A stretch of DNA of 64,000 nt from Felis catus. Its lineage: Eukaryota. A program made the translations under genes and the position numbers. How positions within the stretch are numbered: the first letter of the stretch is position 1; each line of letters begins with the position of its first letter. The notes under the pieces are model-generated. The model saw only the letters and a program-made list of their open reading frames with translations, was not told the origin of the DNA and searched no databases. The stretch is from positions 179,244,001 to 179,308,000 of the forward strand of contig NC_058368.1 in assembly GCF_018350175.1 (NCBI RefSeq), in the 5' to 3' direction. Positions 1-12,467 of the stretch are shown in pieces.

Positions 1-962
1 AGCATCCACTCTGAATTCAAATATGGTTAAGAAAAATTACAGAAGAAACAATCTTCTCATATAATGGGCCTCTAATGAGACATAATTGTTTGTATGTATA
101 TGAGGAAAAATTATAGGTGACTCCAATACCATTAAGAAAACTAAGTAACTGCCTCTCTAAAAGAGACTTTTTACATCAACAGACTTAATATTTTAAATGT
201 CCAAAGAAATATTTTTAACGCCGATAAAAGTCATGGCAAAGCCTACATTTAAGAATTAAAATATAATGGGATGTCTACTATAAGCACACCTAACAAAAAA
301 AATTAAATGCTAGAGCACAACTTTAATGTTAACATGACCTACAAAAGGAAAACACAAGATAAAAATAACATGGAATACTGAAGTGCATGAACACATGGCA
401 ATTTGTCTCATAAAAGAAACACAAAACTTAAATTGAATTTTAACTAGCAGAATAATCATTTATGAAAAAACAGTGAAGATATATTTTAAAAGGTTTATAA
501 AGATTTAATAGCAAGATTATCAGTTAAATTTATAAAGCATGCAATAGTGAAGTCCCCAGTAAACCCATATTTACTATTGTAATATTATCATAGTATTGTG
601 TGTCTAAGTTAATCATGCAACGAACAAAAGGCTGGAAACATATTGAGTTAGCAGATGGACTCACACATACACAAAAACAAACGTTTTGTGGTATTTTATT
701 TGTTTTTGTTTCACTAGCCAGACAAAATTCCAACGTGCTACTTAATTTGAGTCAAACAAGTAGCTAAATACATTTGCTTAAGTAATTTTTATCAAGCAAA
801 AAAGAGCAGAAAAAGAAATGAAGACAACACAGATAGCAAGGTCTGCACTGATTAATTCTGGAACTGCACCTCCAGAAATATACAATGGTCAAGCACACTT
901 ACACAATGAATCACATATATACAAACATAACCTATTGACTTCATTTCAAAACTACTTGGAAC

Positions 963-988
963 TGTGTGTGTGTGTGTGTGTGTGTGTG
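963..988. repeat. (TG)n microsatellite
   Basis: Direct reading. Confidence 0.95.
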
Positions 989-1104
989 AGACTTATAATT
1001 TATTTGAAGTTACTTTTTCTTTGAGAATATTAGGCTTTTACCTTATGAGACTTATAATGTTACTATATAAAAATTCAAGGAATGGAGTAATAAATTCTAG
1101 ATGA

Positions 1105-1415
1105 TCTGTGAACAATGCTGACCCCTGCAGTCAAAAATCCTCATATAACCTCTGACTCCCCCCAAACTTAACTACTGATAGCCTACTGTTGATTGGAAGC
1201 CTTACCCATAACATAAACAAGTGATTAACACATATTTTATATATGTATCATATGCTGCATTCTTAAAGTAAATCTACAGAAAGGAAAATGTTAAGAAAAT
1301 CATAAGAAAAACACATTTACAATAATGTATGGTATATATATATATATAAAAAAAAAAAAATTCGCATGGAAGTGGACCTGCACAGATCAAACCCATGTTG
1401 CTCAGGGGTCAACAG
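1105..1415 (-). mobile_element. Tigger2a-like non-autonomous DNA transposon
   Basis: Ends in CCCATGTTGCTCAGGGGTCAACAG (Tigger2-type TIR); body similar to 62047-62310 and to the reverse complement of 6013-6335. Confidence 0.75.
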
Positions 1416-2556
1416 TCCTTCTCTTAATAATAATAGCTGCTCACATTGTTGAGGTGCTTTCACTGTACAGTACCTTTAGTAGCACTGAAGACTTATTAAA
1501 AAAATCAGGCAAAACATACAAAACAGCCCTTTTACAAAGGTGGGCTATGTCTTACTATCTTAACTCAAATACACACTAGTAAAATGTCTTATTCTGTACC
1601 TTCCCATCAAAGACTCATGTAGCCCTAGTAGCACCTTAAAGATCTCCTTTTAATAAGTAGACAATCCAACCTGTTTTCACATCAATATGTTTAATTTTTA
1701 AAATGTCTAAAGATACTCATTTTAAATGCATCTATCATTCCATTGCATACAGACATCCTTCATCATCTTTTTATTACCTTCTCCATTCTCATTCCTTTTT
1801 TCCCTACTCTTGGTCCTGCTACACTTGCCCTGAGCTTGTATCTTATTCTATCCTAGCTTCAGTCACTGTTACCTACCTTTTCCTTTCACTCACTTTCTCT
1901 TACCTTCCAATCTCTATTATTTTAATTTGTTTTAAAGATAAGGCCCTTAAAATGTTAATTCCTACAGACACATGTCTGACACTTCCTCTTTGAGTCACAA
2001 ACTCAAACATGCAGAAACTACAGGCTTTGAAGTTTTGATATAAAAATGAAAATGAATTACCTTTGATATTTAAAAATGTCAAAATCAAAGCTGTTTCTTG
2101 TAGACTTAGGATAAACAATTTCAAAAGCCATAAAAAAATTTCACCTAACAGTTTCTAGAAGGCTGAAATTTCTTAGACTACTAGAAAGCCCTTTTAGGAC
2201 GTAAGTTAATTTTTCTTTCATGGTCACTCTTGAACTAGGGGAAAAATAACCAACTATACATTTCTTGAAACCAACAAAACATTCAGAGATGTACTAGACT
2301 GTGGTATTTCTGTTTCTTGAAATAGCAAAGTGTAACTCTCGAAAATAATTCCCTTATTCAGGAGTCCTTTCCCTTTGTAATCATTTTAGTTTTTCTTAAA
2401 GTTTTAAAAAAGTTGAAGGTAGGCAGATGAAATTGGGGAATTATACTACATGCAATACTAAGAAAATAGATAAAGAAACAGATAGCACAGTTCATGCAGC
2501 GATAGAGAAGAGATGGAGAGGTCTGCTGGTTGCCCTGAGGAAAATAGGACACTGAC

Positions 2557-2899
2557 CTGGGAGAATCCGGGGTGTTTCCACTTCTTTCACTTAAGACTTC
2601 AGAGTCTGCTGAAACTCCTATAAGTTTTACACACTTCTTTTCCTTCCTTGGCTGAGTATCCATGGGCAGACTCTTATGAGGAGACAGAATGACTTCTGGT
2701 GTATTTACAGAAACTGTCTTTTCTATCTGCAAGTTGTTATTTTCTGAATTGCTGGGACAGCCCTGTGCCTCCTCTTTCTGAGGTGGTAATCTACAAACTT
2801 CTTCCTCTACTGCACTTTTGGCACATACACTGTGAGGGGTGGTTATATCCACAGGCAGGACCTCACGCCTCTTTTTGGCCACAGGCACTTCAATTTTCT
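2557..2899 (-). CDS. SPDL1: SPDL1 exon 11, (E)KIEVPVAKKRREVLPVD...SGNTPDSP(R), 343 bp
   Basis: Acceptor CCTCAG|AG, donor CCAG|GTCAGT; phase 1/2; KKRREVLPVDITT and KKCVKLIGV match Spindly. Confidence 0.94.
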
Positions 2900-4292
2900 C
2901 TGAGGATAAAAACATTAAAAGTATATTCAGTCAATAAGTCAAAACAAAGACACTGTAAACATAAAAAGATAGAACTAGTTATATTGGTTTTTCTTTTCCT
3001 TTTCTTCATTCTTTTAAAACCCACTTATCTCTTTATTGAAATATATTGTTTCTGTCTTTTATCCTTTCTTTTTCACAGACTTCACTAACTGTATCTTTTA
3101 AAGGTTATCTGGCTATAAATTTTCCTTGGGAACTCAAAAGATTTGGCTCTCAGAATTAACACTTATATGTTCTCTTCTGATATTGTGATAAAAGTTACAC
3201 AGGGCTTTATAAGACTTCAGCATGGAGGTGAGGAAGGATGCAGTGGCTAAGAGTCAAGGAATCTAGATACAAATCCTCATAGTAGTACTCTGTAGCTGGG
3301 TGACCTGGAGGAAGTACTTAACCTCTCGAACTTTATTTTCTTTGTCTGTAAAATGGGGATTAAAAACACTTACTCCACTCAATATTGTGTGTTGTAATGA
3401 CTACATGCAAAGAACAAGTCAAATTCTCTATGGCAATTTGTGCTTATTAGCCCCACCCACAAAGTATGTTCAAAATCTGAGTACTTCCACTGTGGATACC
3501 TCCCAAGTTCAAACCATAGTACGTCTCACTGCAGACTACAGCAATAGCCTTCTACCCCCACTGCCTAACATGACATCATTCCACCCCTTTGCAGGCATAC
3601 TTACAGTCACTAAATTAATTGTTCTATCTTTTCCCTATCCTCATACCAATGTGTTTTTCATTTTCAAAATCAAAATTGTTAGTGAAGGTGGGAGAAACCA
3701 TGGGTGGACATGGGGTTGGTGTCCCTGCTCTACACTGTTCTTTTTATATCATTATCTTCCCTTTCTCTTGCATCAGATAGATTCTCCCTGAATCAACTAG
3801 ATTCACGATACTTTCCTGTTTGCAGTGTTCAGTTCAGCAGACCTTTGAAATTCATAATGTGTAATTTTTAAGTAGGAAAGCCTATTAGAATCAGCAAAGA
3901 GAAAAAGGATGAGAAGAGCAGACTTTTTAAACTATAAAAAAGCTTATTATTACTGACAACCTCCCCACTACTATTGAGAATGACATGAGTCATGAACAAT
4001 AATGACAGTCTTAGGTATGTGAACAGCATAGGAGCAAAAACTGGCTGAAAATCTATAACCTAAAACATGTAACAACACTTTTTTTTTTTGCTTTAAGAAC
4101 CATCACGTTATTAGGCTTTGTTTTATTTTTGGCCTTTTATTTTTTAATTTACAAACAGACAGTAAAACTACTCTTTTTTAGTATGTAAGATGCAAAGCCT
4201 ATATATTAAGGCTATTTTCTACCTCAGTGATCAGACTTGCTAGTTGTCCTCTAATATCTGTCCCACTTGTCTTCCTCAATAATAGATCCCCC

Positions 4293-4445
4293 AAGAATAT
4301 ACTCAATAATATTGTAATAACTTTGCATGGTGACTTATCATGGGGGGGTATCATTTTATTATGTATAAATATTGAATCATTACGATATACCCCTGAAACT
4401 AATAAAATATTATATGTCTATTACACTTATAAAAAAAAAAAAAAA
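4293..4445 (+). mobile_element. Short 3' fragment of an older L1 with poly(A), probably within a decayed MaLR LTR
   Basis: ...ATACCCCTGAAACTAATAAAATATTATATGTC... followed by an A-run; loose flanking repeat ATCCC(C)CAAGA. Confidence 0.65.
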
Positions 4446-5039
4446 ATCCCAAGATGTAGTTGGGAATATGACCCCTGAGAATCAAGATTGCCTTTCTCAG
4501 CTTTTCTTGTAGGGGAGTCATGTGACTCAATTCTACTCAAGGATTATACTGATGAACAATGCAAATGAAGCCTAGATCCTGACACTCTGACCAGTTCTGG
4601 AATGTCTCTTCCAGACTTTTGTAAGGGGAAGAATTAATACCTATCTTTTTTAAGTCTCCATTTTTAGGTTTTCTATAAATGGTATTAACTAATACAGAGC
4701 CCAAACATCAGTTGCCTCAACAAAATCAAACTCTTTGGTATTATGTAGGGTGTCCGCAATCTTAAATGGAAAAATCTCTAAGGTTTTCAAACCTTATCAA
4801 GGCTCTAATATACAGATATCCAACAGAATACCTATCATATTCATACATACCCAGTATCCAGTTCTCTTAGAATTTTCCTACATCTTTTGTAGGAGTAAAT
4901 CTGTTTTATTAGATACAGGTACATAACCATAAATTAGTTTGTAATGGGATTTGCATAAAGCTGTAGTAAGAAAAAAACTTGATATGATTTCTCAGGGTGT
5001 CTCATAATTTAAAAGACAACATAAATGAGACATGCATAC

Positions 5040-5227
5040 CTTCAGGTTCATACTTCAGTTTTAACTCATCTAATTTAGCTCTCAGTTTCATATTTTCACT
5101 TTGGGAGAGCTGGAGGCATCTTTCATTTGCAAAAAGTTTTCTTTCAATATCTAAAGCCCGTTGGCTCTCAAATAATGCTTTCATTCGCTGTATGGACAAT
5201 TCACCTTTAGTGCTTTCATTTTCTTTG
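5040..5227 (-). CDS. SPDL1: SPDL1 exon 10, (N)KENESTKGEL...LKYEPE(E), 188 bp
   Basis: Acceptor TATAG|C, donor GAAG|GTATG; phase 2/1. Confidence 0.95.
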
Positions 5228-5293
5228 CTATATAAATACAAAAAGGAGAATCAAGGAATATTAAAATAACACACAATATACATACATGTTTTA

Positions 5294-5319
5294 TACACAC
5301 ACACACACACACACACACA
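5294..5319. repeat. (CA)n microsatellite
   Basis: Direct reading. Confidence 0.95.
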
Positions 5320-5854
5320 AGGTATATTGTTACTGCAAAATCTTTTACTATATACTTGAACTCTTAGACAAAAATACATTTTTGGGGGGTTTTAGATAAG
5401 AAAGAAACAATAAAATAAGCTTTAACAATAGCATTTTCAAACAAAAAAATGTCATGCATTCTTCAAAGGAAATGGACAAAGGGGCAAAGTATTATTTCCG
5501 CAGTAATGCATGTACAAATAACTTAACTTTCAAGTTTTAAATTAGGTGATATTAATCTTGAAAAATTTAGAGTATATATACATTTTCTGTATTAAAGTTC
5601 TTTTTCACTTACCAGTCTAAAAAACTAAACCCAAAGAAATCAAAATCTTTAATTATTCATTGAAAATATTTTTTCTTCAATAACCAGCACTAATTATATC
5701 TTCAATATATCTCATCTGCCACCAATATATTTTTGTTGCTTTTCTTTTCCGGAATTTCTTTTGGCAATGTGAAAACAAAAATTTGTAGTCACTAATACTA
5801 CTTATTATAAGCAAGTCAAGAGTGTGTCCATCTTTCTAACCACCCAACACTTAC

Positions 5855-5958
5855 TTTAAGTTGTCAAGCTTTATCTGAAGTAAATCTGTATAGTAAGTGT
5901 TATCTTCTGGAGTGTCAGAGTTGACGGACTGCCTAGATTCCGTACTTTCATATAAACT
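5855..5958 (-). CDS. SPDL1: SPDL1 exon 9, SLYESTESRQ...IKLDNL(N), 104 bp
   Basis: Acceptor TTTAG|AGT, donor AA|GTAAGT; phase 0/2; EDNTYYTDLLQ matches Spindly. Confidence 0.93.
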
Positions 5959-6012
5959 CTAAAGAAAACAACAATTCTTATTACTCAAAATGAATAGCAT
6001 ATTGGGTTAATA

Positions 6013-6335
6013 CAGTTGTCCTTTGAATAACACAGGTTTGAGTGGTATAGGTCCACTCATATGTGAATTTTTCACAGTAGAGTACTGTAAATGTTATTTT
6101 TTCTTCCTGATAATTTAACAACACTTTATTTTCTCCAACTTACTTTATTATAAGAATATGGTGTATTATACATATAACATACTAAACATGTGTCAATCAA
6201 CTGTTTATGTCATCAGTAAGGATTCCAATAAACAGTAAGCTACTAATACAGTTTTGGGGGAGTCAAAAATTATGCAGAGTTTTGACAACACAGGGGTGGG
6301 CATCCCTAACCCCTGTGTTGCTCAAGGGTCAACTG
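6013..6335 (+). mobile_element. Tigger2a-like DNA transposon with both TIRs
   Basis: TA-CAGTTGTCCTTTGAATAACACAGG ... CCTGTGTTGCTCAAGGGTCAACTG inverted termini. Confidence 0.8.
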
Positions 6336-6388
6336 ATATAAGATATTCAAACCAAATCTGGCTGCACTACTGAAGGAGTTACACATAC

Positions 6389-6529
6389 TTTAAATTTCTC
6401 CAGGTTTCTGATTTCACCTAAGAGGTGTTTAATTTCACCGTTCTTCTGCTCCAGCATGGCAAGCAGCCGCTCCTGTTGCTCAAACTCAGTTTGAGATCCT
6501 TTCATTTGTAGCAATGTCGCAATTTGTAA
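6389..6529 (-). CDS. SPDL1: SPDL1 exon 8, LQIATLLQMK...RNLEKFK, 141 bp
   Basis: Long poly-T then CCCCAG|TTA; donor AAA|GTATGT. Confidence 0.95.
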
Positions 6530-8327
6530 CTGGGGAAAAAAAAAAAAAAAATTTACAATCCCACCCCACCCCCCACAGAACTGAGTTGGGGAGAGGAAAA
6601 TTCTAACAATAACATTTTTGGTATAATGCATATTTTGTACTATATTACCCCCTGAACTCAGTTTGGAAACAAAACTAGCTATGTCTAATTTAATAATCTA
6701 ATAATTTGAAAATATTTATATCAATAAGTTTAGTTATAGATATAACTCTGAGTACTTATCTGAATACTTAGGAGTAATATCTGATAATAAAAATTATTTG
6801 TACTTCTGTGAAACATAAAATTGAAATGAATGGCTATGATCCAGAAGCATCACTTAACCAGTAAATAAACCTGCTCAAATGCTATAATGTTATACTTTAC
6901 TCATCACATCCACTGTCATTAAGGGTCTGCTGGGGTTTTTCTAAAATTTTGATTAACTTCAATAGTATTAAGTGGGAGAAATTATGAAGCTACTTATATT
7001 TATAAAGGTGAGATTCACAAATGAAAAGGATAGAAAGCAAAGGTAAAAGTCACCCAAGGACACTGAGGGAATCTTCAATACAAATATAAAGAAATTTATT
7101 TAAGAGCAGCACCTAATTATGACTCCACCTAAACCTGGAGTTGCATACCAGCTGAAAGGAAATTAACTAGAATCTAAAATTACCATTCCTTTCTGCCTTC
7201 AGAAAATTTTGAAGTTCTAAAAAGTATCAGTTAGTTTAAATATAGTTTGAGGAAAGCAAACAATGATATTACGTTGCAGTTATGGTCACAAAGGCAGAAA
7301 GATGACTTCTAACATTTTTAAGGACCCATATTTTGTTCCACTTCAGACTAGAGTCTAGACACATTTAGCCTAATAAGATTCAGAATGCTACTTGTTGTCC
7401 CAATATCATGGGAACACTGGGAGATTAATAGTAACCCAACAAATATTGAAAGAAAACAAAAAGCAAATGTGAGAAAATTTACAAAAAGTGTCATTCCTGG
7501 ATTGGGGAGAGCCTCAGTAAACCAGGCAGCACAATCAAAATCCTTAAAAACCACAGATCTTTATTAAGTCAGTACTTCCTTCTACGCCAAGCACCGTGTA
7601 AGCATTTTACTATACTTTTATTTAATTCCAGGACAATTTAAGAGGCAGGTTCTATCATATCTACTTCATAGATAAGGTGACTGATGTTCTGAAAAGTAAA
7701 AATACTTGTCTAAGGTCACATAGCTAACAATGGATAGAACTAGGATTAAATCCCAAGTTCATCTAACACCAAAGTTTAATTATGACTTTTCATATTTCTT
7801 TGTAAATCTCACCATCCTAAATAAAAGGCAGGAAACCCTTCGAGACTTCCAGTTACCAGTTAAGCAAAACAGTTTAAGGATCAGGATTCTAAAAGCTGGG
7901 TACAATACTACAATCTTTATAACTTCCACATGTTTTTCTGTTACTGCCTGTTTGACTAAAATGACCAAAAACCCCTTAAATCAAAACATGCTTGACTTGA
8001 GGAACTGCAAGAAAAGGAAATCTAAATCCCACTCTTTAATAAGCCTTTGCAGGAGAACTGAAGAATGGTGAGAGAGCTACCTTCCATTGAAGTAGGAACC
8101 TTAGGGCTGTGCTAAGAGATGCCAGGACAACAGCAGGAAATAAAAACTTTTCAAGTTCTTTTCCCTACTACACAAACATTTATACATTTCTGGCAAAGTT
8201 ATTGAGCAACCATTAAAAAAAAAAATTAATGGATGCTAACTGTATTACTACTAAATATTTACTAAGGAATTAATTTTTTAAATAAAATACAATAGATCTT
8301 TTAGTCAATTTTAAAATGTAGATTTTT

Positions 8328-8572
8328 GGGGGTGCCTGGGTGGCTCAGTTGGTAGAGCGTCCAACTTCGGCTCAGGTCATGATCTCACGGTTCGTGAGTT
8401 CTAGCCCCGCGTTGGGCTCTGTGCTGACAGCTCAGAGCCTGGAGCCTGCTTTGGATTCTCCTTCTCTCTCTGCCCCTCCCCACGTGTGCTCCGTTTCTCT
8501 GTCTCTCAAAAATAAATAAATGTAAAAAAAAAAAAAAAAAAATTAAAAAAAATTTCAATTAAAAAAATAAAA
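8328..8572 (+). mobile_element. Can-SINE (SINEC_Fc-like)
   Basis: GGGGGTGCCTGGGTGGCTCAGTTGG head, CT-rich body, AATAAA and A-tail. Confidence 0.92.
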
Positions 8573-8711
8573 ATTTTTTTCTAAAATCATGCAGTTCTAG
8601 AAATAACTAAGTACATTCTTTGAATGAAAAGATGCTTTCTTTGATATATTTGTACATGTAATATGGATACAAAATAGGTTTAATAAGCCTCCAATTATGA
8701 TAACTCGATAC

Positions 8712-8822
8712 CTTCATTCTCTGCATCTGTTCTCTATTAAATGCATTTTGCTTCTTTAGTGACTGATACTTGACTTTCATACTGATGAACTGACGTTCCA
8801 TTGCTGCCCTTCGATCTTCCAC
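8712..8822 (-). CDS. SPDL1: SPDL1 exon 7, VEDRRAAMER...EQMQRMK, 111 bp
   Basis: Acceptor TTCTAG|GTG, donor AAG|GTATC; phase 0/0. Confidence 0.95.
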
Positions 8823-8900
8823 CTAGAAAATATTAACATGTGTAATTATTCTTGTATTAAGTGAAATGCCAATTTAATCAATGGAGTATTTGTTAAGTAC

Positions 8901-8999
8901 CTCTGCAAACAAAGAGTTGCCTTTACTACTGGGGTCCAAGGCTTGCTGGAGGGCCTGGTCTAATTGCACCTGAAGATCTTGATTTGCTACACGAGCTTT
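8901..8999 (-). CDS. SPDL1: SPDL1 exon 6, KARVANQDLQ...DPSSKGNSLFAE, 99 bp
   Basis: Acceptor TTTAG|AAA, donor GAG|GTACTT; encodes most of the Spindly motif GNSLFAE(V). Confidence 0.95.
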
Positions 9000-9098
9000 C
9001 TAAATTTAAAAGAAAACAATTTAGCTGACAGGGGTTAAGTTAGCAAGGAAACAACTTACTATAAATCGGAAAAAATAATGTTACCGTAATCACAGTAC

Positions 9099-9248
9099 CT
9101 CTAAGGCATTATAGTAAGAAACTGCTTCTTTCTCTCGCTCCTCTTTTTCTTCTTTAAGACGGTCTACCTGGCGCATTAAATTAGTACTAAGAAGTTCTAG
9201 TTGTTCTTGTCTATACTGTAATTCATTCACTTCTTCTTTGAGGGTAGT
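9099..9248 (-). CDS. SPDL1: SPDL1 exon 5, TTLKEEVNEL...SYYNALE, 150 bp
   Basis: Acceptor AATAG|ACT, donor GAG|GTACTG; translated by hand (not in ORF track). Confidence 0.94.
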
Positions 9249-9809
9249 CTATTCAACAGGAATTGAAAAAGAGGAAATTCTCCTCAATAAATCTTTCATT
9301 TAGCAGCTGCTCAGTTTATCAGCTGTGGTTCAAAACTAAAACTAAAGAACTAGTCAAAGGTTGTAAGGTGCATCATAAAATAATAAAATTATATTTTTCA
9401 GCAGGGAACAAAATGAAAAGGTATCTTTCTCTCCTGTGAAGTTAAGACTTTAATTTTTAATTAACCTCAGCCTACAATAAAAAAAAAAAATCTACATTCA
9501 TATGCATATCAATTTCCATGAAACCAACATTTATATAGGGTTTTTAGACACAAACTAGGATCAGTTAATGACTCTAAATTCTTCCAGAGCTTTCATTAAT
9601 TGGAAGGTAGTCTGCTTTACATAATCACATAATTTAAAGCTTTACTATGCATGAAGTAATCCACCTAAAAACTCTCTAAAATATTTTTTAATTAGTTACA
9701 TCAAAATTAAGCCAAAAAGTATTTCAGCCTTAAAATTATAACAAAAACATGTAACAAAAATACGCAAGAAAAAAAAAAACTCTAAGAACATACATGCCAT
9801 AAATATTAC

Positions 9810-10004
9810 CTTCATACTTTCCATTTCAGTCAGCTCAATTTGAAGAGCCAGCATCTCTGAAGACATACTTTCGTGTACACGCTCAGACATTATTCTCATT
9901 TCCTCTGATTTACATGAAAGGAGTTCCTTCTGATGATCTACTTTGTGCTTCAGCTGCTTTTCACTAAGCCTAGCTTCGTCTAATTCTGCTTTTAGTTTTT
10001 CTAA
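9810..10004 (-). CDS. SPDL1: SPDL1 exon 4, LEKLKAELDEARLSE...TEMESMK, 195 bp
   Basis: Poly-T tract then CTTTAG|TTA; donor AAG|GTAAT; phase 0/0. Confidence 0.95.
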
Positions 10005-12290
10005 CTAAAGTAAAAAAAAAAAAATGAAATCTTAAAAAATCAAAAGGTAATTGAAGGTCATCTGAATATATAGTTGCAGTACAAATTATTCTGGTAACTG
10101 CAGTATAACTATTTTGGAAGACAGTCAAGCTGAACAAAACAAATTACATTTTCATATAGTTCTAAATCTTGGAAAACTGAAAATATATAGTTTAAAGGGA
10201 ACAAACTTATAGCAGAAGGATGAATTTTTAAGGGAAAGCCTAGATTTAGCCTATTTCATTCCTCCTATGTAAAACTGGTAAATGATTCTATCAACCATTC
10301 CTGGGTTACTGTGAGGCTCTCAACTGAGATCAGGTGGATAAAACATATAACACAATGCCTAGTATTCACTACACAATTTCTGTTACCAACAAAAAACTTT
10401 TGCTTGACGTCCAGGGTTACAATTATCATCTATATTGAATTATCTTCAATTGGGTATCAACTTTCTTAGATTATATCCTGATATTTTCTATTTAAAATAT
10501 AAGAGCCTTTTGACTTACTTTCCCTTTCCTATTTTCATAATGTGAAAAAAAAAAAAAATTTTAGATGAATGATCTATGTTGGAACGACTGACTGACCCAA
10601 ATTTACTACATGATGAGACGATTAGGGTTTCCTATTTGGCCAAGGCTAGGCATCTTTTAATAGTGATATGCTCTGTCTTACAAATATACAAATAGTCCAT
10701 ATTAGTAATCAAAGTAAGTCTGGACTTGGCCACTTTGGCTATTGTGTGAAGAGTGAATGTTATGAGTAGCAACAATGGAGGCAGGCTACCTGGATAGAAG
10801 GTTACAATAGTAGTCTGGAGGAGAGATGATGGTGATCTGGATTAGAATGGTAGCAGCACACATGGATGTTTTATAGATTAGGTTCTTAGAACTTGTTGAT
10901 GGATTATATGTGAGAAAGAAGTGGAAAATTTCAGATAAAATGTGAAAATTTTGGCACAAGTGACTTGAGAACATCCGTTAAGACTGAAAATACTTTTTGA
11001 CTAATTTAGTCTTTGCTCCACCAAAAAGCCATCTCTTATATAGGTGGCTTTGCCTCAGGCTCTGAGTATTTCCTACATTACTCTTTTACTCTTTTTTGTT
11101 TACATAATGAAAGCCACTGCTAAAATGAAAATAACGTGACGAGGAGTGGGGGAAGAAGAACGCATCATTATCAGTCATTGGTGTCTCAACTTAGATTAGT
11201 TTCAGACAAGGTGGATTACTGTTTGCCCGAATGAATGTAAGATGATTCTATTACCATGAAAGCATATTTTGATAGTCATGTTTTTCTGACAACATTTTAG
11301 GAAAAAATATAACCAGCTCAAATATATAATTTCAATGACATCATTACTTAAAATAAGAAAATATAAAAAGAGAGTCAGTTTAAAGAAATTAATTAACAGT
11401 ACAGGTGGTACAGACACATAGAAATCTTGAAGGATGCTACACGAAACAATGAAAATTAGAAAACAGGCTTCTGAGAAAATAGGCAAAAAGTCAGGAGAGG
11501 TTTTGTAGAGAGGGGTCTGGGAAGTAGGGACTCTATACAAAGAGGAGCCATGATAAAGGTTCTGGATTCCTTAGAAGTAACCTGAAGGCACTGGATAGTT
11601 GGGGGTACCAGAAAAGAATGGACAATTTGTATTTATGCATCAAATGAAGCCAGTATAACATGTCATTAGACTAAGAACAGCAACATGGACTTTAGAATCA
11701 GACAGCTTCAGTTCAAATCTCAACTGATTTCTGTGGTTTTGTCCAATTTACTCACTCTGTTTAAACACTGATTTTCTCATCTGTTAAATGGAGACAATCA
11801 TGGTATCCTCCTTAAGGAGTTGTTGTAGGAGGCAGATCATATGTTATCAGTTAACCTTCAATAAACAAACTAGAAAGTATCAATTCTAATGTATGTTATT
11901 TTACAATAAATAAACTACGGGTTTCTTCTGTAGAATTACAAAGCAGATCACTAGTTGCAGTGAAAACTAGGAGACCAGTCTTTCTAAAACGGGACTGCCA
12001 TACTATGCACTTTAAACAAGGTCATGGTGGTTAGTAAACTAAAACTCCATTCAAATACCCAGTTAATAAAATTAAATAATTGTATTCAATTAGTACAATG
12101 TTATTAATACAAGTCCCTCAGGTAAACTTGTTTCTCAGTGTTCCCACTCCCAACATTATGATGATGGAACCCTTGATCTCAGCTATTATGAATAGACAAT
12201 ATCAAGAAAATCATCATCACTTAACATTTACAGATTGGTAATTCCATAAGCATGAAATATTTTTGTTTTGACATACATAGAAATCCAAAC

Positions 12291-12467
12291 CTTAGTTTTT
12301 AGTTCATTTACTTCCTGTCCGTGGCTTCTGCTTAGTTGTTCTTTTAATTGCTCCAGATGTGTTTTCTGTTGTTGTTTAACAGCTTCGCATTCAGAGCTCA
12401 AACTTTCTAACATTCGACTCTTAAGCTCAACTTCTCTCTGAAGAGTATATTTTTCTTGTTCATAATT
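12291..12467 (-). CDS. SPDL1: SPDL1 exon 3, NYEQEKYTLQ...VNELKTK, 177 bp
   Basis: Acceptor TTTTCAG|AAT, donor AAG|GTTTGG; phase 0/0; matches Spindly. Confidence 0.95.

Noticed and set aside
1..2357. Terminal SPDL1 exon encoding ...TQCPQQ*
   Set aside because: Not found by reading the minus strand. It most likely lies just left of the window; absence here is not evidence of loss.
3300..3791. 163-aa plus-strand ORF in SPDL1 intron 10
   Set aside because: Non-ATG start, overlaps MIR/L2-like decayed repeats, no recognisable domain.
8328..8410. tRNA-like A/B boxes at SINE heads as tRNA genes
   Set aside because: They continue into CT-rich bodies and A-tails typical of Can-SINEs.
8823..9098. Introns 5 (99 bp) and 6 (78 bp) are multiples of 3, suggesting in-frame retention
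   Set aside because: Both contain early in-frame stops (GTA CTG TGA; ...GAT TAA).
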